Of a stretch of 32,182 nt of DNA, positions 7,159-16,585 are shown piece by piece; within the stretch, counting starts at the first letter, position 1, and every line of letters starts with the position of its first letter. The notes beneath the pieces are model-generated. The model made no database searches. It was not told the origin of the DNA and was given only the letters and a program-made list of their open reading frames with translations. Both the position numbers and the translations under genes were made by a program. The DNA comes from a virus (lineage: Duplodnaviria; Heunggongvirae; Uroviricota; Caudoviricetes), in IMG/VR virus record IMGVR_UViG_2870464427_000001, one strand, 5' to 3'.

Positions 7159-7344
7159 TCCATATCTGGTCAGTTTCCAACCAGACACCCACAATCATAA
7201 CCACGTTACGTGGTTTTAAGAGAACTCTACCACAACACTTTCGGTCATGCACGAAGTCTCTCACTGATCGAACGATAATCCACCAGTAAAAGGATCTAAA
7301 TTGGATCTCGTTTTGCGAGCATCATACTACTGGCCTAACTCCAG

Positions 7345-7899
7345 TCAATGATTCCCAGCCGGAAACCTGCGGTAAAGCGTGGATAAGGTAACATCGAAGA
7401 TAATCGCTATCCGCTTACGTGAAACACCATTCGCAATAAGTCTTCCGATCTGTTCCCATTGCTCTGGTGCCAGCTTTGAGCGGCGTCCTCCTATCCTGCC
7501 GTTAGCCCTTGCCACCGCCAATCCTGCACGCGTTCTTTCAAGCATATTTTCCCGCTCCATCTCTGCGACTGCACTCAGCATCGTGTAGGCAAAGCGGCCA
7601 ATTGAAGTGCTAATTTTTATCCCTTCCGTAATCGAAATAAACTCAATGTTGTTTGATAAAAAATAGTTAAGAAAATCAACAAGATGAATCAGGGAACGCC
7701 CCATTCGGTCCAGCTTCCAGACAATAACCGTATCGCCCGGCCGTAACACCTTAAGTAGCTTATCAAGTCCTGGTCGTTTTGATTTAGCACCGGATATTTT
7801 ATCTTCAAAAATCCGGTCACATCCTAAACTCCTGAGCGCCTCCAGTTGTAATTCCAAATTCTGGTCAAAAGTTGACACCCTCGCATAACCATATTGCAT
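7345..7899 (-). CDS. serine-recombinase DNA invertase (Gin/Cin/Pin/Hin family)
   Basis: 184 aa; YARVSTFDQ catalytic-serine motif, VWKLDRMGRS, GRIGGRR, C-terminal HTH; aligns closely with Mu Gin as recalled. Confidence 0.9.
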   Translation of the reverse strand: MQYGYARVSTFDQNLELQLEALRSLGCDRIFEDKISGAKSKRPGLDKLLKVLRPGDTVIVWKLDRMGRSLIHLVDFLNYFLSNNIEFISITEGIKISTSIGRFAYTMLSAVAEMERENMLERTRAGLAVARANGRIGGRRSKLAPEQWEQIGRLIANGVSRKRIAIIFDVTLSTLYRRFPAGNH

Positions 7900-7963
7900 A
7901 CTTTCTAAACCGCGATTGTTGCTAAAAGCGGGAAAAAATATCGTTCAGACGACACAGAGGCAA

Positions 7964-7989
7964 TTCGCAAAAACCTCGGTTTGCAGGAA
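7964..7989 (+). other. gix/cix-like inversion crossover site (left)
   Basis: ttcgcaaaaacctcggtttgcaggaa resembles the gix consensus TTATCCAAAACCTCGGTTTACAGGAA. A 25-bp stretch (7973-7997) is identical to the reverse complement of 10902-10926. Confidence 0.7.
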
Positions 7990-8877
7990 ACGGTAAACAA
8001 GGCTGGTAACGCCGTTCAGCGTTCCGGTGATAAAATGACCGGAGAACTGAAAATTGGCACGGTGAATGCGCTGCGAATTTTCAATGATGCCTTCGGTCTT
8101 ATTTTCCGTCGTTCAGAAGATTTTCTTCATTTCATTCCGACGGCTGAAGGACAAGGCGAAAACGGTGATATCGGCCCATTAAGGCCATTCGCTATAAATC
8201 TGAGAACAGGTGCTATATCTGTCAGCCACGGGGCCAAAATTGAAGGAGGTCTAGCTATTGGAGCTACTGATAACGCACTGGGTGAAAACTCCATTGTTCT
8301 GGGAGATAACGACACCGGATTTAGGCAAGATGGAGATGGTATTATTAGCTTCTATTCAAATGGTTCGCGCATCGGACATATTGATGAGTTAGGATTACAT
8401 ATTTATAAAGATATTGAATCTAATGGCAGCAATTTTAGATTAAAAGGTAATTACCGCCACCACATTACATTCGCCAACGAAGACGGAAGTATTCGTATGT
8501 TTTTGTGGAAAGATAAAGATGGTGATGGTGTTCATATTAATAATGGTTCAAGCGGTGGCGGTGATTTCGTTTTTAAAACAGATGGGGGATTTGCGCTGGG
8601 AAGTGGTGCGCAAGTTGCGTCTAATGGCGATATTTATGGTTCAGTGTGGGAAAACAACTGGTTAAGCACATGGCTGCATAATCATGTCGTTCGGGATATT
8701 CGTCTTGGCAGCATTGAATATAAAAACGTATGGCGCGACTCCGGCTTTGGCGATGCGTCAGGTTATGTTTTAACAGCCGCAATTAACAGCAATGCGGATG
8801 ATATTGTCGACACTGTTGCCAGAAGGCCAATTCAGAAATTGATTGGGGGAATATGGTATAACGTGGGGAGTGTTTAA
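7981..8877 (+). CDS. alternative tail-fibre C-terminal cassette (silent in this orientation; no own start)
   Basis: 298-aa ORF opening exactly at the crossover site (QETVNKAG..). Its C-terminus ([18 protein letters not shown]) parallels the active fibre C-terminus (ARPIQYCINGTWYNAGSI). Confidence 0.65.
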   Translation: MQETVNKAGNAVQRSGDKMTGELKIGTVNALRIFNDAFGLIFRRSEDFLHFIPTAEGQGENGDIGPLRPFAINLRTGAISVSHGAKIEGGLAIGATDNALGENSIVLGDNDTGFRQDGDGIISFYSNGSRIGHIDELGLHIYKDIESNGSNFRLKGNYRHHITFANEDGSIRMFLWKDKDGDGVHINNGSSGGGDFVFKTDGGFALGSGAQVASNGDIYGSVWENNWLSTWLHNHVVRDIRLGSIEYKNVWRDSGFGDASGYVLTAAINSNADDIVDTVARRPIQKLIGGIWYNVGSV

Positions 8878-8878
8878 G

Positions 8879-9406
8879 ATGATGCACCTGAAAAATATTA
8901 AGGCCGGGAATCCGAAAACACCGGAACAATACCAGCTAACTAAAAAAGCGGGCGTGGTATGGCTCTTTTGTGAAGATGGCAAAAACTGGTATGAGGAACA
9001 AAAGAATTTTCAGCCAGACACCATAAAAATTGCTTACGATGAGAACAACATCATCGTTGCTGTCAGTAAAGACGTTTCAACTATTAATCCTGAAGGGCTA
9101 AGCATAGTTGAAGTTCCTGATATTACGGCAAATCGTCGCGCAGACAATAACGGAAAATGGATGTTTCTGGATGGTAAAGTAGTAAAGAGGGAATATACAG
9201 AACAGGAACTGCAACAACAGGCCGAATCACAAAAGGCCGCATTGCTTTCCGAAGCTGAATCAGTCATCCAGCCGCTGGAACGCGCTGTCAGGCTGAATAT
9301 GGCAACAGACGAGGAACGCACACGACTGGAAGCATGGGAACGCTACAGTGTTCTGGTCAGCCGTGTGGATACGGCAAATCCTGAATGGCCACAAAAGCCT
9401 GAATAA
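8879..9406 (+). CDS. tail-fibre assembly protein (alternative, U'-like)
   Basis: ATG at 8879 directly after the cassette stop (8875-8877); [14 protein letters not shown].. is paralogous to the 9435..9968 product. Confidence 0.75.
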   Translation: MMHLKNIKAGNPKTPEQYQLTKKAGVVWLFCEDGKNWYEEQKNFQPDTIKIAYDENNIIVAVSKDVSTINPEGLSIVEVPDITANRRADNNGKWMFLDGKVVKREYTEQELQQQAESQKAALLSEAESVIQPLERAVRLNMATDEERTRLEAWERYSVLVSRVDTANPEWPQKPE

Positions 9407-9411
9407 AAATT

Positions 9412-9431
9412 AAGGCCCGATATCGGGCCTT
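9412..9431. terminator. perfect hairpin between the convergent tail-fibre assembly genes
   Basis: aaggcccg-atat-cgggcctt at the centre of the invertible segment. Confidence 0.45.
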
Positions 9432-9434
9432 CTC

Positions 9435-9968
9435 TCATTCTGGTTGTTCGGGAAACGTTACTGGCAGGCTGGAAGTGTCTGTAGATTCGACTTTCTGCGC
9501 AAAGAGCATCCACTCTGTTAATTTTTGTTTATTCTCGTCGGAAATGATGCCCAGCCGTAGCTGTGAGTCCCATAGCAGGGTTTTATCCCTGACAAGTTGC
9601 AACAGGCTTTGCTTTTCATTCTCTGCCTGCTGCCTCTGTTCCTCCTCGGTATAAGTTCGCTTTATCACTACGCCATCTTTGAACATCCATTTACCCGAAA
9701 TATCAGCCCGGCGATTTGCTGTAATATCAGGAACCTCAACGACGCTTGCGCCTTCTGGATTAATTGCTGAAACATCCTTTTCAATACAAATAATAACGCC
9801 GTTGTGGTCATAGACCATTTTCAACGTATCAGTCTGGAAATTCTTTTGTTCCTCATACCAGTTTTTTCCATCCTCTGAATAAAGCCATTTGATGTTAAAT
9901 TGTTTCGTTAGCTGGTACTGCTCCACTGTTTTAGGATTACCAGCGGTAATGTTTTTTAAGTGCATCAT
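9435..9968 (-). CDS. tail-fibre assembly protein (U/G-like)
   Basis: 177 aa, MMHLKNITAGNPKT..; immediately downstream of the tail-fibre gene. Confidence 0.8.
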   Translation of the reverse strand: MMHLKNITAGNPKTVEQYQLTKQFNIKWLYSEDGKNWYEEQKNFQTDTLKMVYDHNGVIICIEKDVSAINPEGASVVEVPDITANRRADISGKWMFKDGVVIKRTYTEEEQRQQAENEKQSLLQLVRDKTLLWDSQLRLGIISDENKQKLTEWMLFAQKVESTDTSSLPVTFPEQPE

Positions 9969-9970
9969 AA

Positions 9971-12247
9971 TTAAATACTTCCCGCGTTATACCAAGTCCC
10001 ATTAATGCAATACTGAATTGGCCTTGCCTGAGTTGTATCAATTAATTCGTCACGGTTCCCGTTAACTGAACCCGTAACGACATAACCTGACCTGTCAGAC
10101 CAGCCGGGACCATTCCATGTCTGAACAGATGACAGACCGCCAAGGCGAATACCTGTAATAAACCTTGAGTTACATTCTGCCTGCGTGTATGCACCAACAT
10201 CTCCCGCAGAGGGTTTGCGGGTCGTGGTGTAAAACTCTGACCAGTCAGCCTCAAATCCGTAACCATCACGCGCTGAACGATAATAAATACCGCCGTTCTT
10301 ATAATTCACACGGAACTGTACGGCAGGGCAACTCCCCTCGCTCATATTGAAATGGAGGATTAATGTCGATGCGCCACCAATATTTGCTTGATAGACCCCG
10401 CTATTCCAGTTCCAGCCAACAGCTTTATCATTTCCGACAGTGCTTCCTGTTTTCCCTAAAGCAAATGCAGGCTGCTGGTTTTTCGTGTTGTAGTCACGTC
10501 GCCAGCCAGGTAAATACCCTGAACCGTGGTTAATATATATAAATTGCGCATTCGTAGTGCCACCACCGCTAGAGGTACTCGGTGTGGTTATACGAATGGT
10601 CATGGCGCCTTTATTGCCCATAACTTCAATAACGCAACCCGCAAGGTGAATAAGTCCACATCCGGTGTCAGTAATAATTTTATTATTGCCGTATGACCAT
10701 GAGCATTTACACATCCAGTATGGATGATTGAAGGCCCACTGAGATTCCAGCCATTCAATAAATTGCGCCGTCGTCCAGTTTCCTGCACCTGTGCTAATAG
10801 AGCCATGAAAAGAGCGGCAAGCACCTATTGTTTGCGTAAATTTATCTTTGTTTGGAATATCTGCGCCGTTCTGGTTTTTCTGCAATGCGCCAGCAGCCTG
10901 ATTTACCGTTTCCTGCAAACCGAGGTATTCGATAACGGCGGAAACGGTCGCTTGAGCCAGAATATCCCGCCCGACTTTTGTCAGAGTTGCCAGGCTGGCA
11001 GTGTCATTCCCCGTAAAATACGGAAACCTGTCTGCCGCAGTAGCAAGCCCGGCCAGCGCCGTCAGGGTGGCATCTTTCGGTTGCTTACCCGCAAGCGCGT
11101 TAGTCATGGTGGTCGCAAAATTCGGGTCGTTGCCCAACGCCGCAGCCAGCTCGTTTAGCGTATTCAGTGCGTCAGGCGACGAGTCCACGAGGGCAGCGAT
11201 CGCAGCCATAACATAAGCCGTGCTTGCGATCTGAGTATTGTTAGTACCTTTTGGCGCAGTTGGTGTTGTTGGTGTTCCGCTCAGCGCCGGACTGTTCAGG
11301 GGCGCTTTCTTGTTCGTTTCATCCATTACCACCTTTACAGCTTTTGATGTCGCGGCCAGTGTTTCAGACGTGCTGTTGGTGGCGCTACTGAGCTGAACAA
11401 TCCCTTTTCGCGCTGTGGTAGCGTCCTGTGCGGTGTATTTAGCGTTAGCAAGGTCATATGCTGCCTTTACCGCCTTTGGCGTTGCTGCCAGCGTCTCAGA
11501 ATCGCTGTTAGTTGCGCTACTAAGCTGAACAATCCCTTTTCGCGCCGTGGTAGCGTCCTGTGCGGTGTATTTAGCGTTAGCCAGGTCATATGCTGCCTTA
11601 ACAGCCTTAGGCGTCGCAGCAAGCGTTTCAGACGTGCTATTGGTGGCGCTGCTAAGTTGAACAAAGCCTTTTGAGGTTAAAGTTGCATCAGGATGATTAC
11701 GTGATTGCTCATGTTTCACAATGGCTTGCTTAAGCCGCTTTGCTGAAACAGCAAGGGAATCATCTGTACCTGCATCAATTTCTTGTTCATTAGCAAATCT
11801 TGCAACCCCAACAACAGTTTCGGTCGCGGGAGGATTAATAAACTCAATATCACCAAATGTAATATTTTTAGTATCAAGAGTCTTAATTGCTATGTCACTT
11901 GATATTAAAGCAATAGTAGATGATGCTTTATTTATTATTGCTTGTTCTTGCGAGTATACAGCAAACAACGTTCCCTTATTTGTATACAATCCTATTGTAT
12001 GGACAACATACTCATCTTTACTATCATCCTTCGCCGTTACATGAATTGTATCAGGGGAAACAACTTTGCCACCTATTGTGGTAAGTCGTTTTATTTCGTC
12101 TGTTATATTTGTTTGTGAGGTTGACGTGACATAATATCTACTACCTAAACCAACAGAAACAATCTCAACTTTATTTGTTCCTGTTTTGTTGGCATTAACC
12201 AACTCCTGACGCCCGGCGTCAGTCATCGTAAATAATAATTTACTCAC
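9971..12247 (-). CDS. tail-fibre protein (P2 H / Mu S-like constant N-terminal part fused to a variable C-terminal cassette)
   Basis: 758 aa; long stretches match P2 gpH as recalled (DATLTSKGF..QLSSATNSTSETLAATPKAVKAAYDLANAKYTAQDATTARKG .. [13 protein letters not shown]); crossover site at codons 442-449. Confidence 0.9.
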   Translation of the reverse strand: MSKLLFTMTDAGRQELVNANKTGTNKVEIVSVGLGSRYYVTSTSQTNITDEIKRLTTIGGKVVSPDTIHVTAKDDSKDEYVVHTIGLYTNKGTLFAVYSQEQAIINKASSTIALISSDIAIKTLDTKNITFGDIEFINPPATETVVGVARFANEQEIDAGTDDSLAVSAKRLKQAIVKHEQSRNHPDATLTSKGFVQLSSATNSTSETLAATPKAVKAAYDLANAKYTAQDATTARKGIVQLSSATNSDSETLAATPKAVKAAYDLANAKYTAQDATTARKGIVQLSSATNSTSETLAATSKAVKVVMDETNKKAPLNSPALSGTPTTPTAPKGTNNTQIASTAYVMAAIAALVDSSPDALNTLNELAAALGNDPNFATTMTNALAGKQPKDATLTALAGLATAADRFPYFTGNDTASLATLTKVGRDILAQATVSAVIEYLGLQETVNQAAGALQKNQNGADIPNKDKFTQTIGACRSFHGSISTGAGNWTTAQFIEWLESQWAFNHPYWMCKCSWSYGNNKIITDTGCGLIHLAGCVIEVMGNKGAMTIRITTPSTSSGGGTTNAQFIYINHGSGYLPGWRRDYNTKNQQPAFALGKTGSTVGNDKAVGWNWNSGVYQANIGGASTLILHFNMSEGSCPAVQFRVNYKNGGIYYRSARDGYGFEADWSEFYTTTRKPSAGDVGAYTQAECNSRFITGIRLGGLSSVQTWNGPGWSDRSGYVVTGSVNGNRDELIDTTQARPIQYCINGTWYNAGSI
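10910..10935 (-). other. gix/cix-like inversion crossover site (right, inside the tail-fibre gene)
   Basis: Minus strand reads ttatcgaatacctcggtttgcaggaa (23/26 to the gix consensus), inverted relative to the left site. Confidence 0.7.
11320..11680 (-). repeat. in-frame tandem repeat (about 129 bp unit, roughly 2.7 copies) encoding phage-fibre repeats
   Basis: Near-identical DNA blocks visible directly; encode the repeated peptide KGIVQLSSATNS.SETLAATPKAVKAAYDLANAKYTAQDATTAR. Confidence 0.7.
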
Positions 12248-12277
12248 GCTTAATTCCTTGAATTAACAAATTGCGAA

Positions 12278-12859
12278 TTAGCACTCGCCAATTAATCGTA
12301 CATAGGACACCGGCTGACAAGCACCAACAATACCAACACCACCAGAAACATTGGCAGCTTGCGAAAATGTAAATAATGTTCTTGCCGACTTTGCGCTCTT
12401 GATACTTCTTAACGTATCTTCCAACATCTCTTTCGAAGGAACGGCACCATCAAAAGAGTTAATCGAAGCAACAATTGAGGCTGTATATGGTTCGCCAGGT
12501 GGTGATGTTTCAAACCATTCTGTTATGTTTACCTCTCCACCCAAGCTATTTACTACATCTTCAACCGCTGCCCTTGTACCCTTTATTCGCTTTGTTCGTA
12601 TTATTGATTTAAAAACAGAACGCTTTAACGATACAGGCCAACTATCCCTCCATGTATCAGCATTCCATTGCCAGGCTAAATGATCGAGAACAACTGAGTC
12701 CAGGTTATCAACAACGCTATATATTTCTGTCTTATATATTAAATTGTTAATTGCTTGTAGTTCATCATCGATAGCTTTCGACATAGCTATCACGTTGGGA
12801 TCTCTAGCTAAGTTAGGAGGTAAAACATCCAACAAGCTAACATTAAAGATATCAGCCAT
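12278..12859 (-). CDS. baseplate/tail-fibre attachment protein (P2 gpI / Mu gp48-like)
   Basis: 193 aa; LAWQWNADTWRDSWP .. NITEWFETSPPG parallels P2 gpI motifs (LAWAFSVDRWDEKWP .. NVTEWWENSDPPG). Confidence 0.7.
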   Translation of the reverse strand: MADIFNVSLLDVLPPNLARDPNVIAMSKAIDDELQAINNLIYKTEIYSVVDNLDSVVLDHLAWQWNADTWRDSWPVSLKRSVFKSIIRTKRIKGTRAAVEDVVNSLGGEVNITEWFETSPPGEPYTASIVASINSFDGAVPSKEMLEDTLRSIKSAKSARTLFTFSQAANVSGGVGIVGACQPVSYVRLIGEC

Positions 12860-13975
12860 CCTCTAACCCCGCATACTGGCAATTTACATTTCTCTCTCTG
12901 GCGACCTGCGTCTCTCCAACCACAGTAAATACAGGACTTGATATTTCTAATCTTTTAGCCCCGGCATTTTTTAAACGTTGAATAATTTCATCTGGATTTA
13001 TATCTCTTCCCATAACCGAACGTTGCCATTGTTTATACTCATCAATAGCTTTCTCAACCTCACTTTGAATTAATGTTGTTCTGTTTTTGTCCGATGAGTT
13101 AATCCAGTATTTAATTATTATATCGTATTCAATGCTCTCTGGTTTCTTAACAAGAACTTTATCTGTGAATGGTCGAATATTAGTTGCAGAGAGAACGCTA
13201 TTTATCTGCTCCAATAGTTCATCAGAAGGTATATCTCCGTTCTCTAACAAAGAACGGATTTCTACAGTTCCGGGCGATGGTGTATATACATTCACATCTT
13301 TTATATTCTGATTGGCTGTTCTTGTCCAATATTTATAAGAATCCTCCGGCCCTGCTGTAGACAGTTTTTCCGGCGACAGTTTTATTCTTTCAGCATAATT
13401 ATCATCTGACTCTGTATCAGCACCAGAATTAGATGTTGTTAGATTCCTTACGCTGGAAACATACGGCAACGGAGTCACCAACTCATTTATTTGCCCTGGT
13501 AAAAAGCCATTCCCCGATAAACCAGGTATAACAGCATATCCTGAGACTGTACCAACTGTTTTCCCAGCAGGTATTTCCAACAAAACATCTGTTTGGAAAA
13601 TAACACCATTTCCAGTTGAAACTTGAGTGCCAGAAGGTATTGTATATATCCCGATAATTTTGTTGACAGATTAAACTCAAATGTAGTCAAGGCAGATTGA
13701 GCTTCCAGCCTAGGCGTATCCGTCAGATAGCCTATATGATCGAGATATTCACCCCCACCATATGTAAGAAGGTTTTGTTTTGCAGAAAAATCGATAGCTT
13801 TTCTTTGCTGTATAATAATCTCACACAATGACAAGATGAATAATCTACGTGGATCAGCAGGTGCTAATGTTTCACCTGTTATACTCTCAAAAGCCCTGAT
13901 TGAACGAGTTGTTATATCAGTCGGGTTAGAATCTGCGAAAGTAATATCTGGCAAACCACCGCGCGGCAACGTCAT
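12852..13975 (-). pseudogene. baseplate J-like protein (P2 gpJ / Mu gp47-like) interrupted by a single-base frameshift
   Basis: Two overlapping ORFs (13487..13975 and 12852..13583). The upstream frame turns to junk after ..TTFEFNLS while the downstream frame reads good protein from 13670. One extra A in the A4 run (plus-strand T-run 13658-13661) would give one roughly 375-aa protein. Confidence 0.6.
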
Positions 13976-14292
13976 TCTCTAACTCCTATCACAAGTTTTG
14001 GCCTAATAAAACCATCAGAAACGTCCGTTCTTTCAAAAGTAACAGAATGGATAATCGCTCTAGGCTCAAACTCACTAATTTTTTGAATTATTTCTCGTGT
14101 TGCTGTAGCAATAAAAATTGGGCTGGGGCTGTCAACAAGACTTGAATTAACTCCTAATTTTCTGGCATATGGTACAGTGCCAATCTGAGTATTAATAATA
14201 GTAGAGACATTTTGCAAAACTTCTTCTACAACTGTTTTGGGCGACCAATCAATCGAGTAAGAAGGTGATGATATGGTAAACGTATTATTCAT
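13972..14292 (-). CDS. baseplate wedge protein (GPW/gp25-like)
   Basis: 106 aa, position between V-like and J-like genes; start overlaps the upstream gene. Confidence 0.6.
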   Translation of the reverse strand: MNNTFTISSPSYSIDWSPKTVVEEVLQNVSTIINTQIGTVPYARKLGVNSSLVDSPSPIFIATATREIIQKISEFEPRAIIHSVTFERTDVSDGFIRPKLVIGVRE

Positions 14293-14756
14293 AATAATTT
14301 ACCTAACGCACTTCTAGTTTTTGACTCTATATTGCCAGCAATATCAACTAATGCTTCTTTCAGAGAGGTCTGTCCGACTTCCTGTAATTTAATGCCGACG
14401 ATAATCACTCGTGGATTCCCAGTTGGACCGAAATAAGTCCATGATTCCTCTATATCTGTAATTATAAAATTACCAAAATACTGAATACCAATTACAACAG
14501 GATTTACTTCCTGAATTGATTGCATTGTCCTAAGTAATGAAAGCGCAGCCAATGGAACAATGCCAAGTGTTGTATCCAACCGCATATTAAAACTAACTTC
14601 ATCCAGATCTGGACCTATATCCTCCAGAACAGGTTTAAGCCCAATAACATCATGGCGCGCTACACGACGCTTTGACGTCCTTTTAAAATTGTTGAACGTA
14701 TTCACCACTATTGATGAGGCAACAAAAGGCATTGTACCAAGCATACCCACAATCAT
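14289..14756 (-). CDS. hypothetical baseplate-module protein
   Basis: 155-aa ORF with overlapping start and stop inside the baseplate operon. No motif recognised. Confidence 0.5.
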   Translation of the reverse strand: MIVGMLGTMPFVASSIVVNTFNNFKRTSKRRVARHDVIGLKPVLEDIGPDLDEVSFNMRLDTTLGIVPLAALSLLRTMQSIQEVNPVVIGIQYFGNFIITDIEESWTYFGPTGNPRVIIVGIKLQEVGQTSLKEALVDIAGNIESKTRSALGKLL

Positions 14757-15373
14757 GCCTGAGCCTCCGTTGTCGGAGCGTATTCCCCCTGAGCTGTGTG
14801 ATGGTGGCCTTTAGATTTAATCCCATCAACATCTATATCACCACCAACAACCTTAACATCCCCAGAAATTGTAGCTGCAACACCTCCAGCAGAAGATCCT
14901 TTCATTCCACCTTTGAAGGTTAGTAATCCTTCAACTGTAGCATTTCCGGTAATGATGGTTTCTGGAGCATCAATAGTTACGGTTCCTGTAGCCTTAACGG
15001 TTACATCTCCGACAGCATCAACAAGGAGTAAATTAGATTCTCTGTCTACCTCAATACGAGTTCCGTTATTAAATCTAATGACGCGTTTATTAACCGTATT
15101 AGATGGTGGCTTCTGTGTTTCATCATAAAAACTACCAAGAATAAAACCTTGTTGCGGCCCTGCGGGATGAAAGATACACAAAACTTGCTCACCAATATCT
15201 GGCATCCAGTAATCAGCATTCTTATCCGTATTTTTCACAATAACTGATAACTTTGCCGAAGTGACGTTATCCTGATCATCGAAAGTAACTCTTGCTGTAA
15301 CATCACCATCATCAATATCAGAAACAACGCCAACTCTTATAGTCTGACGTAATAATGTTTCTAAATCATTCAT
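14753..15373 (-). CDS. baseplate spike/assembly protein (P2 gpV-like)
   Basis: 206 aa; GEQVLCIF and a C-terminal HHHT motif parallel P2 gpV (GEQVLILA .. HTHKH). Confidence 0.7.
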   Translation of the reverse strand: MNDLETLLRQTIRVGVVSDIDDGDVTARVTFDDQDNVTSAKLSVIVKNTDKNADYWMPDIGEQVLCIFHPAGPQQGFILGSFYDETQKPPSNTVNKRVIRFNNGTRIEVDRESNLLLVDAVGDVTVKATGTVTIDAPETIITGNATVEGLLTFKGGMKGSSAGGVAATISGDVKVVGGDIDVDGIKSKGHHHTAQGEYAPTTEAQA

Positions 15374-15375
15374 AA

Positions 15376-16377
15376 TTAATACCCATTAATTACTCTTCGG
15401 ACATCAATCGAGGTGGTATAACCACTAGCCCCAATTGAATGCACAGCTTTCGATATAAGATATTTTCCAGAAAATGAACCGAATCCGTCCAGATTTATAG
15501 TTACACCAGCTACCAATCTGGTGTCTCCAACCAATACTAAAGATCCTGTATTTTGATATCTATTTTTAAGCCGCAAAGCAGCCTTTGCCTTACGTTTTGC
15601 TTCATCTAAATTAGCTACCAGTTTTCTTATCTTAAGATTCGACCCTTCTTCTACGGATGGATCTACCCAAGTATACGAAAGCGACTTTCTTTTTTTAGGT
15701 ACGCGATATTTGCACGTGCAACTTTTATACAAATCTGTAGATTGTGTGCTAAAGCTATATCTGATTATCTCATCAATACCTAACGTAAGCGTAGCGATAG
15801 GATCTTTTTGCTCAAACATCTCTTGAGCAAATATTATTAATTGGCTATCAGTGACCTTTAACGACAACCCTTCATCCTGGCAAAGTCGATGGAGAAATTT
15901 TAAATCGCTTTCCTCCATTTGATCTTCGCGCGCATAATATGGATTACTATCACCATCAATAAGAAACAACAGTTCAAGGTTAGCTAATTTAGCTATAGAA
16001 GTTGCTATATCTTTAAGAGTTGTTTTTTCCCATGCATTACTTTTTAAATCACGTCTAATGCCTGATGAAACAGGAACAGAAACAGCAGTCACCTCAACAA
16101 CAGAAGGTGGTCCAGAGCAAGTTATGCCATCTACCTGGAATTTCCCGCACTCAAGGACGATTTGATTTATAGGCTTAAAGCTCAAATCAATAAAATCACC
16201 CTTTTTAGGTGTCCAGTCTCCAGACCATTTCCCATCATCATTTTTTAATATAATAGAAATATCATCGACCTGACCATCTTCATTATCTGTATAAGACATT
16301 GACAAAACATCAGGTGACATATGAGCGGTAATATTTACATTCTGATATATAACATCAAAAAGCGTTTTACGTAACAC
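15376..16377 (-). CDS. tail protein D-like (baseplate hub / late control gene D family)
   Basis: 333-aa ORF after the tape measure and X-like genes; assignment by size, position and general resemblance. Confidence 0.6.
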   Translation of the reverse strand: MLRKTLFDVIYQNVNITAHMSPDVLSMSYTDNEDGQVDDISIILKNDDGKWSGDWTPKKGDFIDLSFKPINQIVLECGKFQVDGITCSGPPSVVEVTAVSVPVSSGIRRDLKSNAWEKTTLKDIATSIAKLANLELLFLIDGDSNPYYAREDQMEESDLKFLHRLCQDEGLSLKVTDSQLIIFAQEMFEQKDPIATLTLGIDEIIRYSFSTQSTDLYKSCTCKYRVPKKRKSLSYTWVDPSVEEGSNLKIRKLVANLDEAKRKAKAALRLKNRYQNTGSLVLVGDTRLVAGVTINLDGFGSFSGKYLISKAVHSIGASGYTTSIDVRRVINGY

Positions 16378-16585
16378 TATTGCGTCTCCACGGAGGCAAA
16401 TTGTTTACTGATATTGGCATAACCGGAGCATCAGGAACTTTAAGAATAATTCCCGCAGAAAAAAGCACCGTGAAGCGGTGCTCAGTATTAGCATCAATAA
16501 GAAGATAAGACAGGTACTCATTACCATACAACTTTAACGCGATACTATCCCATGAGTCCCCTTGAACCGTTCTATAATCATCCAA
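16367..16585 (-). CDS. tail protein X-like (LysM-like small tail protein)
   Basis: 72 aa; YRTVQGDSWDSIALKLYG .. ILKVPD pattern resembles P2 gpX. Confidence 0.6.
   Translation of the reverse strand: MDDYRTVQGDSWDSIALKLYGNEYLSYLLIDANTEHRFTVLFSAGIILKVPDAPVMPISVNNLPPWRRNSVT

Larger units (their letters stand above)
7977..10922. mobile_element. invertible DNA segment (tail-fibre host-range switch, G/C-segment-like)
   Basis: Bounded by inverted gix-like sites. Contains the variable tail-fibre C-terminus in use (10924-9971, minus), its assembly gene, and an oppositely oriented promoterless alternative cassette with its own assembly gene. The invertase gene lies immediately outside. Confidence 0.7.

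Noticed and set aside
6183-7163. Long 326-aa form of repA starting at 7163
   Set aside because: The 44-aa N-terminal extension runs through the leader stem-loops and terminator-like hairpin and has no homology context; the ATG at 7031 gives the 283-aa size expected for IncFII RepA1.
10042-12044. Antisense ORFs inside the tail-fibre gene (10724..11158, 11001..11216, 11721..12044 plus; 10042..10269, 10600..10824, 11467..11664 minus)
   Set aside because: Embedded in or opposite a strongly supported 758-aa gene; translations are low-complexity. Typical spurious overlapping ORFs.
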